64,000 nucleotides of DNA from a virus, in the IMG/VR virus record IMGVR_UViG_3300042013_000065. One strand, 5' to 3'. Under the pieces are notes generated by a model. It worked only from the letters and a program-made list of their open reading frames with translations. It searched no databases and had not been told where the DNA came from. Numbering within the stretch: position 1 is the first letter of the stretch; every line of letters begins with the position of its first letter. The position numbers were made by a program, and so were the translations under genes. This document shows positions 1-8,170 of this stretch, piece by piece.

Positions 1-608
1 TAAATCGCGCTGACCAGATTGGAGCTGATACGCGAAACCAGTTCACGGCCTTCTGCTTTATGGGCAGCTTTTGCAGCCGGTGCTTTCACTTCAGCTTTTG
101 CAGTGGCCTTGGCAGCGGTTTTGGTAGCCGGTGCTTTTGGATCGAATTCGGCAACAGTGCGCAGGTTGCCACGGTTGTTGCGCTCCAGCATTACAACCGG
201 GATACGCAGACCGTTTTCGGTCACGGCTACTCGCACGCCTTCAGGCGATTTAACGACGCTGGCGATTTTGTCTTTGACGCGGCCGATCAGCAGGTCAGAA
301 CCTTTCAGTTCCGAAGTGGTGAATTCAGGCGCGGCATCTTTCGCCACAACTTTGTCGATTGCCTTGCCGACAGCTTTTGCAGTCGAAACGGCTTTTGCGC
401 TTGCAGCCACTTTTGCAACTGGTTTGGTTTCGACGTGAGCCGATGCACCGTTTTCCTTCAGCCAGTTTTTCAGGTCGCGGAATTTCACACCCGGCAGAAT
501 TTCGGAGCCGAGGCCCAAAGTTTCGATACCGGCTTTTTTCGCGATGGCAACTTGAGCAACCAGAGCGGTGATAGCGGCGTTCAGCAGAGCGTTAGTGCGA
601 GTAGTCAT
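1..608 (-). CDS. Ala/Lys-rich, histone H1-like protein (3'-truncated by window edge; absent from ORF track)
   Basis: Manual translation MTTRTNALLNAAITALVAQVAIAKKAG...KPVAKVAASAKAVSTAKAVGKA...KAPATKTAAKATAKAEVKAPAAKAA; AGGAAG RBS; open to position 1. Confidence 0.8.
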   Translation of the reverse strand, partial: MTTRTNALLNAAITALVAQVAIAKKAGIETLGLGSEILPGVKFRDLKNWLKENGASAHVETKPVAKVAASAKAVSTAKAVGKAIDKVVAKDAAPEFTTSELKGSDLLIGRVKDKIASVVKSPEGVRVAVTENGLRIPVVMLERNNRGNLRTVAEFDPKAPATKTAAKATAKAEVKAPAAKAAHKAEGRELVSRISSNLVSAI

Positions 609-625
609 GATTAACTTCCTTAGAT

Positions 626-699
626 CCGTGAGTTCAAATGTTGATGGGCGTAATTGCCGATCTGGAATCAATGTTGCCTTAGAGGCGCGTTAGTGTCAA
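626..699 (-). promoter_or_regulatory. sigma70-type early promoter with conserved leader cassette, copy 1
   Basis: TTGACA (699-694), N17, CAACAT, N5, CCAGATCGGCAATTACGCC, N12, AACTCACGG. Confidence 0.75.
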
Positions 700-734
700 C
701 CGGTTTACCAAAAAAACTTTTTAGGCCAACCCCA

Positions 735-764
735 TTAGCCGCTCCCTTATGGGCGAACGGCTAA
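735..764 (-). terminator. Stem-loop downstream of ORF 771-1043
   Basis: TTAGCCG...CGGCTAA arms with inner CCC/GGG stem; U-tract not immediately adjacent. Confidence 0.45.
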
Positions 765-770
765 AAAGGT

Positions 771-1043
771 TTATCTAAAGGCTGCGGCGCGATCCCTAAC
801 GTTTTGTTGGGCATCGTCAGAAAGCGTATAGATCGAAACGCAGGTAAGCGACGGCGCGGTACTGTTTATCGAAGCCGCGTAGGTACAAACCTGTTCCGTG
901 GTTTCGTTGAAGTAGGTCAGCACCGCCTGTTCACCCACGATCAGTTCCGAAACCACTTTAGCCGGTTCAGGTTGTGCCGGGGCAGAAGTTGCAGCGGACG
1001 CCAGAAAGGGAACGAACAGGATTGCGAGTAGGGCCAGTTTCAT
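771..1043 (-). CDS. Hypothetical secreted/periplasmic protein
   Basis: Signal-peptide-like N-terminus MKLALLAILFVPFLASA. Confidence 0.8.
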   Translation of the reverse strand: MKLALLAILFVPFLASAATSAPAQPEPAKVVSELIVGEQAVLTYFNETTEQVCTYAASINSTAPSLTCVSIYTLSDDAQQNVRDRAAAFR

Positions 1044-1312
1044 TTTTCTTTCTTCCAGTTGAGAAGTTCAATCGGCGTTTTCATCCAGCCGAACGCGATA
1101 GGCGCCCAGCAGAAAACCGTGTACCAGATTGCCACAAGCCAGATGTAGGCTTTTCCTTTCGGTAAGCATTCGCTGTACATCATAAGCAGGCGGGCGTGTT
1201 CTGGATTGTTTGGCGTTCCTTTGACGTAAAGGATTACGCAGGTAAGCAGAAAAGCGCCGCCAATCATGTAAGAGGCAATTGCGCCTCCTACAATGTATAG
1301 AACATATTCCAT
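1040..1312 (-). CDS. Hypothetical membrane protein (2 TM)
   Basis: Start moved to MEYVLY (RBS GAGG); two hydrophobic segments. Confidence 0.75.
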   Translation of the reverse strand: MEYVLYIVGGAIASYMIGGAFLLTCVILYVKGTPNNPEHARLLMMYSECLPKGKAYIWLVAIWYTVFCWAPIAFGWMKTPIELLNWKKEK

Positions 1313-1313
1313 T

Positions 1314-1547
1314 TCACTTGCCCTCAAATGTGGAGACGAATTCTTTGCCTTCTGCAATCCACTCAACCATCGACAGATGATTCAGACGCAGGACTTGAAC
1401 AGAATGCGTTTCATATTTGCCGCGCTGGTCATCGTATACGAAATACCAGTAACCAACGCCCTGCACCAATTCCAAATGCGGGCAACCGATTAACGTCGTC
1501 ACTTGTTTTGCGCGAGTCGGGTAAATCTTTGCACCGTCTGTGTTCAT
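1314..1547 (-). CDS. Hypothetical early protein
   Basis: First gene after promoter copy 2; AAGG RBS. Confidence 0.8.
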   Translation of the reverse strand: MNTDGAKIYPTRAKQVTTLIGCPHLELVQGVGYWYFVYDDQRGKYETHSVQVLRLNHLSMVEWIAEGKEFVSTFEGK

Positions 1548-1564
1548 GGTTAACTTACCTTTAT

Positions 1565-1638
1565 CCGTGAGTTCTAAGTTCTACAGGCATAATTGCCGAT
1601 CTGGAACCAAAACTACAGAACCGGGTTCATTACGTCAA
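1565..1638 (-). promoter_or_regulatory. sigma70-type early promoter with conserved leader cassette, copy 2
   Basis: TTGACG (1638-1633), N17, TAGTTT, N5, CCAGATCGGCAATTATGCC, N12, AACTCACGG. Confidence 0.8.
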
Positions 1639-1650
1639 GCGGTTTTATAA

Positions 1651-1677
1651 AAACAAAAAGGGCACCGAAGCGCCCTT
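1651..1677 (-). terminator. Intrinsic terminator
   Basis: AAGGGCGC-TTCG-GTGCCCTT followed by TTTGTTT. Confidence 0.85.
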
Positions 1678-1699
1678 AATGGTTTGTGTTGCCTGTGGA

Positions 1700-2050
1700 T
1701 TACTTGCGGCGTGCCCGTGTGGCCGGTTTAAGCAGGCCCGCAAGTTCTGCCAGCGCTGCGTGCGGGCACAGGTTGTATTCCGAACCGTGTTCGTTCAAAG
1801 GGCAGTACGTTACCAGCACGGCTTTAAAAACTCGGTGCCCTAGCTCGTTGTGATCCGTTCGCAGTTCCAGATTGAAATCTTCACCGCCCCGCGTGAGGGT
1901 GTTCGCACCGTCGTACTCGCTGAAATTGTATTCCTGCTTCAGCGCGAGCATGACTTCCTCGGTGTCGTCTTTTTCTTCGAATTCCAGAAACGGGAAAACG
2001 GTGTCGAGGTTACGTTCGGTTTTACCAACAACGGACAATTTAGCAGCCAT
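1700..2050 (-). CDS. Hypothetical protein
   Basis: 116-aa ORF ending before terminator. Confidence 0.75.
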   Translation of the reverse strand: MAAKLSVVGKTERNLDTVFPFLEFEEKDDTEEVMLALKQEYNFSEYDGANTLTRGGEDFNLELRTDHNELGHRVFKAVLVTYCPLNEHGSEYNLCPHAALAELAGLLKPATRARRK

Positions 2051-2093
2051 GATGAAAATCTCTTTTAGCGAAGGTTGGAAAGGAGGTTTGGAA

Positions 2094-2456
2094 TTAATGA
2101 ACGGCAGCGATGATTTGTTGCCCGGTTGCTTCGCTCAGCTTTTCGGCGAATTCGATAAACGCCTTTTTGCGCTGGCGCTCTTTCGCTGAATTCGTCGGCG
2201 TGCCGAAATACGTGCAACCGTCGATGCAGTCGATCAGGATTTCCAAATCTTCGTCAGTGGTAATCGTGATCGTTGTAGAACCTTGTTTGAAAGCATCGAG
2301 CATCGTCTCGGCAGCTTCCACCAACAAATCTTGATCAAGCTCTTCGTGTTCTTCGAAAAGCTCGGCAACGTGGCCGGGATCTTGTAGCACTTCCAAACGG
2401 TGCTGCAAAACGTCGATAACCAATTTGCTCAAAGTCAAAATCATGTGTTGGGCCAT
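2094..2456 (-). CDS. Acidic hypothetical protein
   Basis: 120-aa D/E-rich ORF. Confidence 0.8.
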   Translation of the reverse strand: MAQHMILTLSKLVIDVLQHRLEVLQDPGHVAELFEEHEELDQDLLVEAAETMLDAFKQGSTTITITTDEDLEILIDCIDGCTYFGTPTNSAKERQRKKAFIEFAEKLSEATGQQIIAAVH

Positions 2457-2596
2457 TTTGGGCGTTCCTGTTTTGGTAATGGTTTGGTTTCTGTCTTGGG
2501 TTGTGTGTAGCGGCGCCAGATTGCCCGCACGATGAAAAAACCCAAGATCAGAAAGATTAGACGGAAAACGTAGAACAGTGGGGATCGTTGATTCAT
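2441..2596 (-). CDS. Small single-TM membrane protein (51 aa; absent from ORF track)
   Basis: MNQRSPLFYVFRLIFLILGFFIVRAIWRRYTQPKTETKPLPKQERPKWPNT; fills the gap between neighbours. Confidence 0.7.
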   Translation of the reverse strand: MNQRSPLFYVFRLIFLILGFFIVRAIWRRYTQPKTETKPLPKQERPKWPNT

Positions 2597-2613
2597 ATAG
2601 CTACCGGACGAAA

Positions 2614-3333
2614 TTAGTAGCGCGGCAATTCTATGCGCGTGCCGTCGCTGACCATACGGACAAACTTTGTGTACTCGGCAAGCAAAGTGAAATCGTCACC
2701 TTGCCCGTGTTTCTTTGCAGACGGTTTGCAAAGCATATCTGCAACGCCATCGACCACTTTGTAAATCGTCACGTAGCCGTATGCCAGATGGTCAGGGCAA
2801 TCGAACACGAACGCTTTCAATTCGTCCAACGTATCGAAGCCGAAAGAATAATCCGGCACACCACGACGGCCCAAAATTAATTGGTAGCGTTTGTCGTCGA
2901 GAAAAGGCGGGCTGCTAATTGTGCCGCCTGAACCGGTAGCCCAACGCACCACACCGAATTCGCGTGCGTCTGCACCGATGCAGTAGTGAATTAATTTGTA
3001 GGCTTCCAAACGTCCACGCGTGTACAGGTGAACAATGATTTCGCCGATGTCCATTTGCGCTTCGTCGAAATCGTCTTCCAAGCCCAATGGATCGTCAGCA
3101 CTAAAAAAGCGACGGGCCAATTCTTTTTCTTTGCCGTCTTTCAAAACGTACGCATACACACCGGGTTTCTTTCCCTTGGTGATAAACGCGATGCGGCCCC
3201 ATGGCTTGTTCGCCAACTTCAGGTTGACAACGTTTTTGCTTTTGTCGATTTCTGAATCGAGGTCGATGTATTTCTTCAGGGTGACAGAACTGCCATCGTA
3301 GAAATCACCTATAACCAATTTCTTCTTAGCCAT
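2614..3333 (-). CDS. Hypothetical protein
   Basis: 239-aa ORF, start at MAKKK. Confidence 0.8.
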   Translation of the reverse strand: MAKKKLVIGDFYDGSSVTLKKYIDLDSEIDKSKNVVNLKLANKPWGRIAFITKGKKPGVYAYVLKDGKEKELARRFFSADDPLGLEDDFDEAQMDIGEIIVHLYTRGRLEAYKLIHYCIGADAREFGVVRWATGSGGTISSPPFLDDKRYQLILGRRGVPDYSFGFDTLDELKAFVFDCPDHLAYGYVTIYKVVDGVADMLCKPSAKKHGQGDDFTLLAEYTKFVRMVSDGTRIELPRY

Positions 3334-3365
3334 GATATTTCCGCCTGCGGTCATTAACTTGGTTC

Positions 3366-3395
3366 ACTACCGACAAACCCCGCACAGGGCGGGGT
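3366..3395 (-). repeat. Intergenic hairpin cassette copy 1
   Basis: ACCCCGC-CCTGT-GCGGGGT-TTGTCGGTAGT. Confidence 0.85.
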
Positions 3396-3404
3396 AAGTG
3401 GCTT

Positions 3405-3683
3405 TCATATTTCAACCGGGGCGAAGTTGGAATCCTTGGCGACAAACACAATGTTCGTGCCGAAGCTGATTACAAATTCCACGGAACCGCCGAGAACGCT
3501 TTCACGGAAATGACGGCGCATCATTGATTCGTCATATTTCTCGCAATGGCAAAACTTCTGCACCAGTGCGTAAAACTCTAGGTAGGTGAATGTTGCGCAG
3601 TCTCGCCCTTCTTTCAAAAGGCTTTGTCCGACGTGATCAGCGAACACTGCGTTTTGTGCATTGGTTGGATATCTGTTTCGCAT
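3405..3683 (-). CDS. Hypothetical protein
   Basis: Start moved to MRNRYP (GAGGA RBS). Confidence 0.7.
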   Translation of the reverse strand: MRNRYPTNAQNAVFADHVGQSLLKEGRDCATFTYLEFYALVQKFCHCEKYDESMMRRHFRESVLGGSVEFVISFGTNIVFVAKDSNFAPVEI

Positions 3684-3694
3684 TACTGCATTCC

Positions 3695-3997
3695 TCAATT
3701 CAAAGTCAGAACGTCGGCAATCTCGCCACCGAAAACGCCGAGGGTTGGAAAGCGTACATCGTCTAACGGCCAACCCGCTTGCGAACGCTGCGACCAATTT
3801 GTGTCAGCGTCCATTTCCAGAACAATCGTGGGCGGGCAATTCTGCCACACGCGAATATCTTTGACTGTACCGGTGCCTGTCGTGCCGTGGCGAGAATTCA
3901 CACGTACACGAAAGCCGGGTTTGATGAATGTGCCGCTTTCGAATTGTATTTCGGGAATTGAATTGCCGTGAATGATTTGTGGTTTGGCGTCGTTCAC
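3695..3997 (-). CDS. Hypothetical protein
   Basis: GTG start with AGGAGG RBS. Confidence 0.8.
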   Translation of the reverse strand: MNDAKPQIIHGNSIPEIQFESGTFIKPGFRVRVNSRHGTTGTGTVKDIRVWQNCPPTIVLEMDADTNWSQRSQAGWPLDDVRFPTLGVFGGEIADVLTLN

Positions 3998-4031
3998 GAA
4001 GTTGCCTCCTATGTACGCGAAATTGCGCTAG

Positions 4032-4059
4032 TACCGACAAACCCCGCACTTGGCGGGGT
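4032..4059 (-). repeat. Intergenic hairpin cassette copy 2
   Basis: ACCCCGC-CAAGT-GCGGGGT-TTGTCGGTA. Confidence 0.85.
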
Positions 4060-4068
4060 TGTTTTGAT

Positions 4069-4221
4069 TCACTGATAGTCGGGGTGAAGTTCCACGGATT
4101 TGATAGCGCCTTCGTGGGCGTAGCTGCGGGCGATGAATTCTCGCACGTCGGCTTCGTCCTTGCCGTGTTCTTCCTGCGTGTTGCCGCTGGTGTACGTGAT
4201 CAACCACAATGGTTCCTGCAT
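4069..4221 (-). CDS. Small hypothetical protein (50 aa)
   Basis: Start at MQEPLW with GGGAG RBS. Confidence 0.7.
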   Translation of the reverse strand: MQEPLWLITYTSGNTQEEHGKDEADVREFIARSYAHEGAIKSVELHPDYQ

Positions 4222-4223
4222 TT

Positions 4224-4385
4224 TTAGTCTCCCTTCCTCAAAACATAAATTCCGCAACCGAGTGCGATTAAAGCAGCGGACGCCGAAACGATGGCGCCGA
4301 TTGTTTGGTGTCCTGTTGCTATGCCGATACTCGCTGCACACGAAGCCACTACCGACATAATCCAAGCGATCAAATAAACGGCCAT
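4224..4385 (-). CDS. Small 2-TM membrane protein (53 aa; absent from ORF track)
   Basis: MAVYLIAWIMSVVASCAASIGIATGHQTIGAIVSASAALIALGCGIYVLRKGD; GAGGA RBS. Confidence 0.75.
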   Translation of the reverse strand: MAVYLIAWIMSVVASCAASIGIATGHQTIGAIVSASAALIALGCGIYVLRKGD

Positions 4386-4402
4386 CGTTTTATTCCTCGA
4401 CG

Positions 4403-4687
4403 TTAGTTAATCCTTACTGCTGGTTTTTGGCCCATCTTGCAAACGAGCGAGCCTTCTTCGTTGATGCGCGATTCTGGCGTACACATCCAGATTTGCACAT
4501 TGCTGGAACGCGTGGTGTAGCCGCGCTCTTTATCAGAGGCTGCAATCGCTTCTGACAGCGTGGCGCCCTTGCCCCAATAACCGCAATCGCACACAAAGAT
4601 AAAGTGCGTCAGGGTTGGGTCAACGGTAGTCGGGTCAACACGCAATTCGTATTTGCCCATTTTCAAAGCGGGGGTTTTAACTTTCAT
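4403..4687 (-). CDS. Hypothetical protein
   Basis: 94-aa ORF, AGGAG RBS. Confidence 0.8.
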   Translation of the reverse strand: MKVKTPALKMGKYELRVDPTTVDPTLTHFIFVCDCGYWGKGATLSEAIAASDKERGYTTRSSNVQIWMCTPESRINEEGSLVCKMGQKPAVRIN

Positions 4688-4699
4688 TGTCCTACTCCT

Positions 4700-5095
4700 T
4701 TAGCAGATTACGAAAACGCCAGACTTCAGCGTTGTGATCATTTCTTCACGGGTCATCATTGCTGCACCATTTTCAGATGCGCGGAAATTCTTGATGAACT
4801 CGCCGTAATTGCAACCGTAGCCCAAAATCGTTTCAACACTGTACGGCTCGGTTTCTACGTCCGGGTACTGCGCTTTGTGTTCGGCGCGAATCCGGTCGCA
4901 ATCTTTTTCATATCCGTCCATGTCGGAATCCAACGTGGTCATGAAAACGAACGCCTTGGGATTGGTCGCGGCGTCTGGCTTCAGCGAATCGAAAGAGAAA
5001 CGCAAATGCACATCGCCTATGCAAACAATCGCACCATCGTGCAATTCGTTAACGTGTTCGGGATTTTTTGCGAGGTCTACAATTTCCTTGTCCAT
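4700..5095 (-). CDS. Hypothetical protein
   Basis: 131-aa ORF. Confidence 0.8.
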   Translation of the reverse strand: MDKEIVDLAKNPEHVNELHDGAIVCIGDVHLRFSFDSLKPDAATNPKAFVFMTTLDSDMDGYEKDCDRIRAEHKAQYPDVETEPYSVETILGYGCNYGEFIKNFRASENGAAMMTREEMITTLKSGVFVIC

Positions 5096-5109
5096 GATTT
5101 GGTTCCTGT

Positions 5110-5478
5110 TCAGCGGCGCACACTGCGTTGGCGCGGGTATTTGTTTTGCGGCTTCTTAGCCCGCGTGAAAAGCAGCGCCATGTTTTCTGGCTTCGACTTT
5201 ATATAGTCGTCGTGCCAAAGAATGTTGCGCAGCGATGCAAGGTCGCACGGGCCTACATCATCCTTGCCCGGTGTAACGAACATGCAGCCGTTGCCTTCGT
5301 GCGGAATCACGATTGTGGCGCGGGTGAAAACGAATTGGCAAATATCAATTGCCACGTGATCCGCTTCCTGCCGGGTTTTCAATTCGAACACGATGTCGAA
5401 CTGCGACGGCGCGATATGCGGGTTAGGCGCAAACATCGCGTGGATTTGTGGCAGTTGCGAAAGCATTGGATTCTGCAT
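5110..5478 (-). CDS. Hypothetical protein
   Basis: 122-aa ORF, AGGA RBS. Confidence 0.8.
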   Translation of the reverse strand: MQNPMLSQLPQIHAMFAPNPHIAPSQFDIVFELKTRQEADHVAIDICQFVFTRATIVIPHEGNGCMFVTPGKDDVGPCDLASLRNILWHDDYIKSKPENMALLFTRAKKPQNKYPRQRSVRR

Positions 5479-5510
5479 GGCGCGTTTCCTGATTGAGTGT
5501 GGTTTATTCC

Positions 5511-5540
5511 ACTACCGACAAACCCCGCACATGGCGGGGT
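5511..5540 (-). repeat. Intergenic hairpin cassette copy 3
   Basis: ACCCCGC-CATGT-GCGGGGT-TTGTCGGTAGT. Confidence 0.85.
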
Positions 5541-5554
5541 CTGTTTTGTTGCTG

Positions 5555-5956
5555 TTAGAACGTCAGTTCACGTCCACGGCCAGTGCGGGCCAGCTTAACG
5601 ATTTTGCCGCCTTTATAGTAGACGGAAATGTTGGTTTCCAAACCCCACGCGTTGTACACGTAGAAGTCGATGATGGCGCGACCGTCTTCGGTCAATTCCA
5701 CGCCTTTGCGAAAGGTTGCCCACGGCACGAAATCGGAAAGGTCTGTATCCTCCCAATTTTCTTTCTTGGCAACGAGCGCGATGTTCAGCGAAGTCGGTAC
5801 GCTGCTGTCGTGCATGTTGTGGCGGGAACCACCTTCCAAACGTTTCATGCCGCTTACTTCACGTTTGGCGAATGCGCGAATCTGCGTGCATTCTTCGGCG
5901 GTAGGTTTCCACACGTTGACTTTCTTGGTGCTGCCGGTTGCGATTACGATATCCAC
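5555..5956 (-). CDS. Hypothetical protein
   Basis: 133-aa ORF. Confidence 0.8.
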   Translation of the reverse strand: MDIVIATGSTKKVNVWKPTAEECTQIRAFAKREVSGMKRLEGGSRHNMHDSSVPTSLNIALVAKKENWEDTDLSDFVPWATFRKGVELTEDGRAIIDFYVYNAWGLETNISVYYKGGKIVKLARTGRGRELTF

Positions 5957-5965
5957 TTTGTATTC

Positions 5966-6253
5966 CTAGCGTTTGATTGTGAGGTTATTGATTGCGCCGT
6001 TGCGGCCTACGATTTGAACCGAACGGGTGCCGCCGTTTTCTTCGCGTGCCTTGACGGCTTCCGTAATGAGGAAATCGTCTACAGCTTCTTTCGGGCTGGC
6101 TTTGTCATTGTAGTAATCGAACAGGTCGCTTTCTTCTTGGCTACCCATTGCAATGTCACGGCCCAACAACGTACGAACCTGCGCCATCCAGTTTTCGTAT
6201 TTGGCGTCTTCCGGGTCGGTGCCCATTTCGTTAGAGCGGAATTCGTGATCCAT
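5966..6253 (-). CDS. Hypothetical protein
   Basis: 95-aa ORF, AAGGAG RBS. Confidence 0.8.
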   Translation of the reverse strand: MDHEFRSNEMGTDPEDAKYENWMAQVRTLLGRDIAMGSQEESDLFDYYNDKASPKEAVDDFLITEAVKAREENGGTRSVQIVGRNGAINNLTIKR

Positions 6254-6264
6254 GGTACGTCTCC

Positions 6265-6414
6265 TTATGCTGCTTTACGAAAACGGCGTTGTGCCGCTTG
6301 AACTTCCTTGGCGCGTTTTTCAGCGGCCAGCAATTCGTCGCTGTTCCACTGCCAAGATTTCTTTACTGCTGTAGTTGCGGTGCGACGGGTTGCTGGGGCA
6401 TTGAATGCGCGCAT
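6265..6414 (-). CDS. Small basic early protein (49 aa)
   Basis: Start at MRAFNA after AAGGAAG RBS; first gene after promoter copy 3. Confidence 0.75.
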   Translation of the reverse strand: MRAFNAPATRRTATTAVKKSWQWNSDELLAAEKRAKEVQAAQRRFRKAA

Positions 6415-6433
6415 TTGGGAAACTTCCTTTGAA

Positions 6434-6507
6434 CCGTGAGTTAGTTTGGTAACAGGCATAATTGCCGATCTGGTAGCCACTATGCCTGAAACGCAATAAG
6501 GCGTCAA
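6434..6507 (-). promoter_or_regulatory. sigma70-type early promoter with conserved leader cassette, copy 3
   Basis: TTGACG (6507-6502), N17, CATAGT, N5, CCAGATCGGCAATTATGCC, N12, AACTCACGG. Confidence 0.8.
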
Positions 6508-6559
6508 CGGGTTTTGTTTACGCGGGCCGGGGCTATTGGTTTAAAGGGCCTAGAACGCA

Positions 6560-6596
6560 GAAAGGCCCCAAACCGTTTAATGGCGTGGGGCCTTTC
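6560..6596 (-). terminator. Terminator-like hairpin
   Basis: Perfect 11-bp stem GAAAGGCCCCA/TGGGGCCTTTC directly after a stop codon. Confidence 0.7.
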
Positions 6597-6598
6597 GT

Positions 6599-6973
6599 TT
6601 ACAGCGCGGGGAACTTGCCAGCTTTATAATCGGCGCGGGTTAGCTCGCCAATCACGTCGCCGTGAATGTCATAGATGCGAATCGTGTTTGCAAACATGCT
6701 GGAATAGAAAGCGCGGGACAACTGCTGCACATAATCGTCGTCGAGAATTTCCATGCCGCCGTAGAAATACAATTCACCTTGCTGTTTGATCAGGACACGA
6801 AACCATTTCATGTCCCGGCTGAATTCGTAGTTGTATTTCGACTGAGGGTAAACATTGGTGATCAGACATTCCATTTTGGAAAGGCTGTCGCTCTCCAAAC
6901 GTACACCGTCAACAATGGAACAGAAAACAGGTTTGTTGCCATTCGTGTTGCACGTGATGTCGATTACTTGCAT
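6599..6973 (-). CDS. Hypothetical protein
   Basis: 124-aa ORF. Confidence 0.8.
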   Translation of the reverse strand: MQVIDITCNTNGNKPVFCSIVDGVRLESDSLSKMECLITNVYPQSKYNYEFSRDMKWFRVLIKQQGELYFYGGMEILDDDYVQQLSRAFYSSMFANTIRIYDIHGDVIGELTRADYKAGKFPAL

Positions 6974-6988
6974 TACGATGATTCCTTG

Positions 6989-7216
6989 TCAGTATGCTTT
7001 CGCTGTGGAAGTACCAACGCCAGTTGTTTTTGCAGACAGGCCATAGTGGTGCCGCGTGGGTTTCTTTTTCGCCGGGACTTTCTTTGACCAGTGCACACGG
7101 AAACCATGACGGGCATACAGAGCAATTGTTTCTGCTTCTGCTTTCGTCTCTGCTTCGACTGTGAGCGTGGCACTGGCAAAGTGGGCGTTAGTTATGCGGA
7201 CTTGATAGCGGTTCAT
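6989..7216 (-). CDS. Small basic hypothetical protein
   Basis: Start at MNRYQ downstream of hairpin. Confidence 0.7.
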   Translation of the reverse strand: MNRYQVRITNAHFASATLTVEAETKAEAETIALYARHGFRVHWSKKVPAKKKPTRHHYGLSAKTTGVGTSTAKAY

Positions 7217-7236
7217 TTTACGGGCCTTAAATGCAA

Positions 7237-7263
7237 GAATCCCCGACACAAGGCCGAGGATTC
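7237..7263 (-). terminator. Stem-loop
   Basis: GAATCCTCGGC-CTTGT-GTCGGGGATTC, 11 bp with two G.U pairs. Confidence 0.55.
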
Positions 7264-7278
7264 ATTTAGCGGGTGCTT

Positions 7279-7776
7279 TTAGTTGGCGTGGTGTTCGCGG
7301 CGCAAATCTTCGTTATGCAAATCCGCAATGCTACCGGTGTTGTTCTTGCGGTCTTGGAAAGCACGCAACGCAGCGTTGATATCGTCCGCACTCATGTCTG
7401 CGGGTGCATCAATGGTGATGGTTTTCGTTTGCTTGCGTTTCGCGCTGCGTGTGGTCGTGTTGTAGAACATATTGCGGGTGCTGTCATTGACAGCCTGCAA
7501 ATCACCGGGTGCAGCCAAACGCACCATAACCCACATTTCACATTCGTATTCACACGCTACCCAATCACCGTATTTCTTGTGAAAGGCGCTGCCGGTCAAT
7601 TGCTCGGCAACCTGTGCGGTGAATTGTGCGCGGGTCATTTTGGAAAACTTCATTGCGTTGAACATCACACGCGTGTCGAAGAAAACCGTTGTCTTACCAG
7701 AAATCTTTGCGGCGTCTGCCATTGCAACGACTTGGGCTTCAACTGCTGCAATGTCTGCGGGATCATACTTAGCCAT
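7279..7776 (-). CDS. Hypothetical protein
   Basis: Start at MAKYDP with AAGGAAG RBS. Confidence 0.8.
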   Translation of the reverse strand: MAKYDPADIAAVEAQVVAMADAAKISGKTTVFFDTRVMFNAMKFSKMTRAQFTAQVAEQLTGSAFHKKYGDWVACEYECEMWVMVRLAAPGDLQAVNDSTRNMFYNTTTRSAKRKQTKTITIDAPADMSADDINAALRAFQDRKNNTGSIADLHNEDLRREHHAN

Positions 7777-7867
7777 CGTTTTACTTCCTTTGCCAACCAT
7801 ATAAGAATGCACCGGGCGTCATGCTGGTCAGCAGTAGCCAACGCCTAGTGTTTGTTGCAACTACTCT

Positions 7868-8155
7868 TTACAGTTTTGGAGCGGGGAACAATTTCAGCTC
7901 AAGGATTACGTCAACACCGGAACCAATTGTTGCTGTAGCGCCTAGCTGTACTAAACGATCAAGCATCCAATCAATGGTAAGAAGGTCGAAGTATTCGGCG
8001 TACATCGCTAACGCCTGTTCTTCAGAGCAATTCAGATAAGCCCGCATTTCGAAAACATCGCCACGGGCTTTCGTGGGAACCTGCGACCACAACAGTTCGT
8101 ATAGCTGCTGTTTTAGTCTCAGTGTGAATTGCGATCCTGTTTCAGCCATCGTCAT
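7868..8155 (-). CDS. Hypothetical protein
   Basis: 95-aa ORF. Confidence 0.75.
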   Translation of the reverse strand: MTMAETGSQFTLRLKQQLYELLWSQVPTKARGDVFEMRAYLNCSEEQALAMYAEYFDLLTIDWMLDRLVQLGATATIGSGVDVILELKLFPAPKL

Positions 8156-8170
8156 TCCCCTTTACAGTTT

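Noticed and set aside
4347-4357. Apparent fourth copy of the TGTCGGTAGTG tail
   Set aside because: Lies inside the small membrane ORF (encodes MSVV) with no hairpin, so likely coincidental.
626-6507. Repeats considered as a CRISPR array or attachment sites
   Set aside because: Spacing is kilobases and irregular, whole genes lie between copies, and no cas or integrase genes are present.
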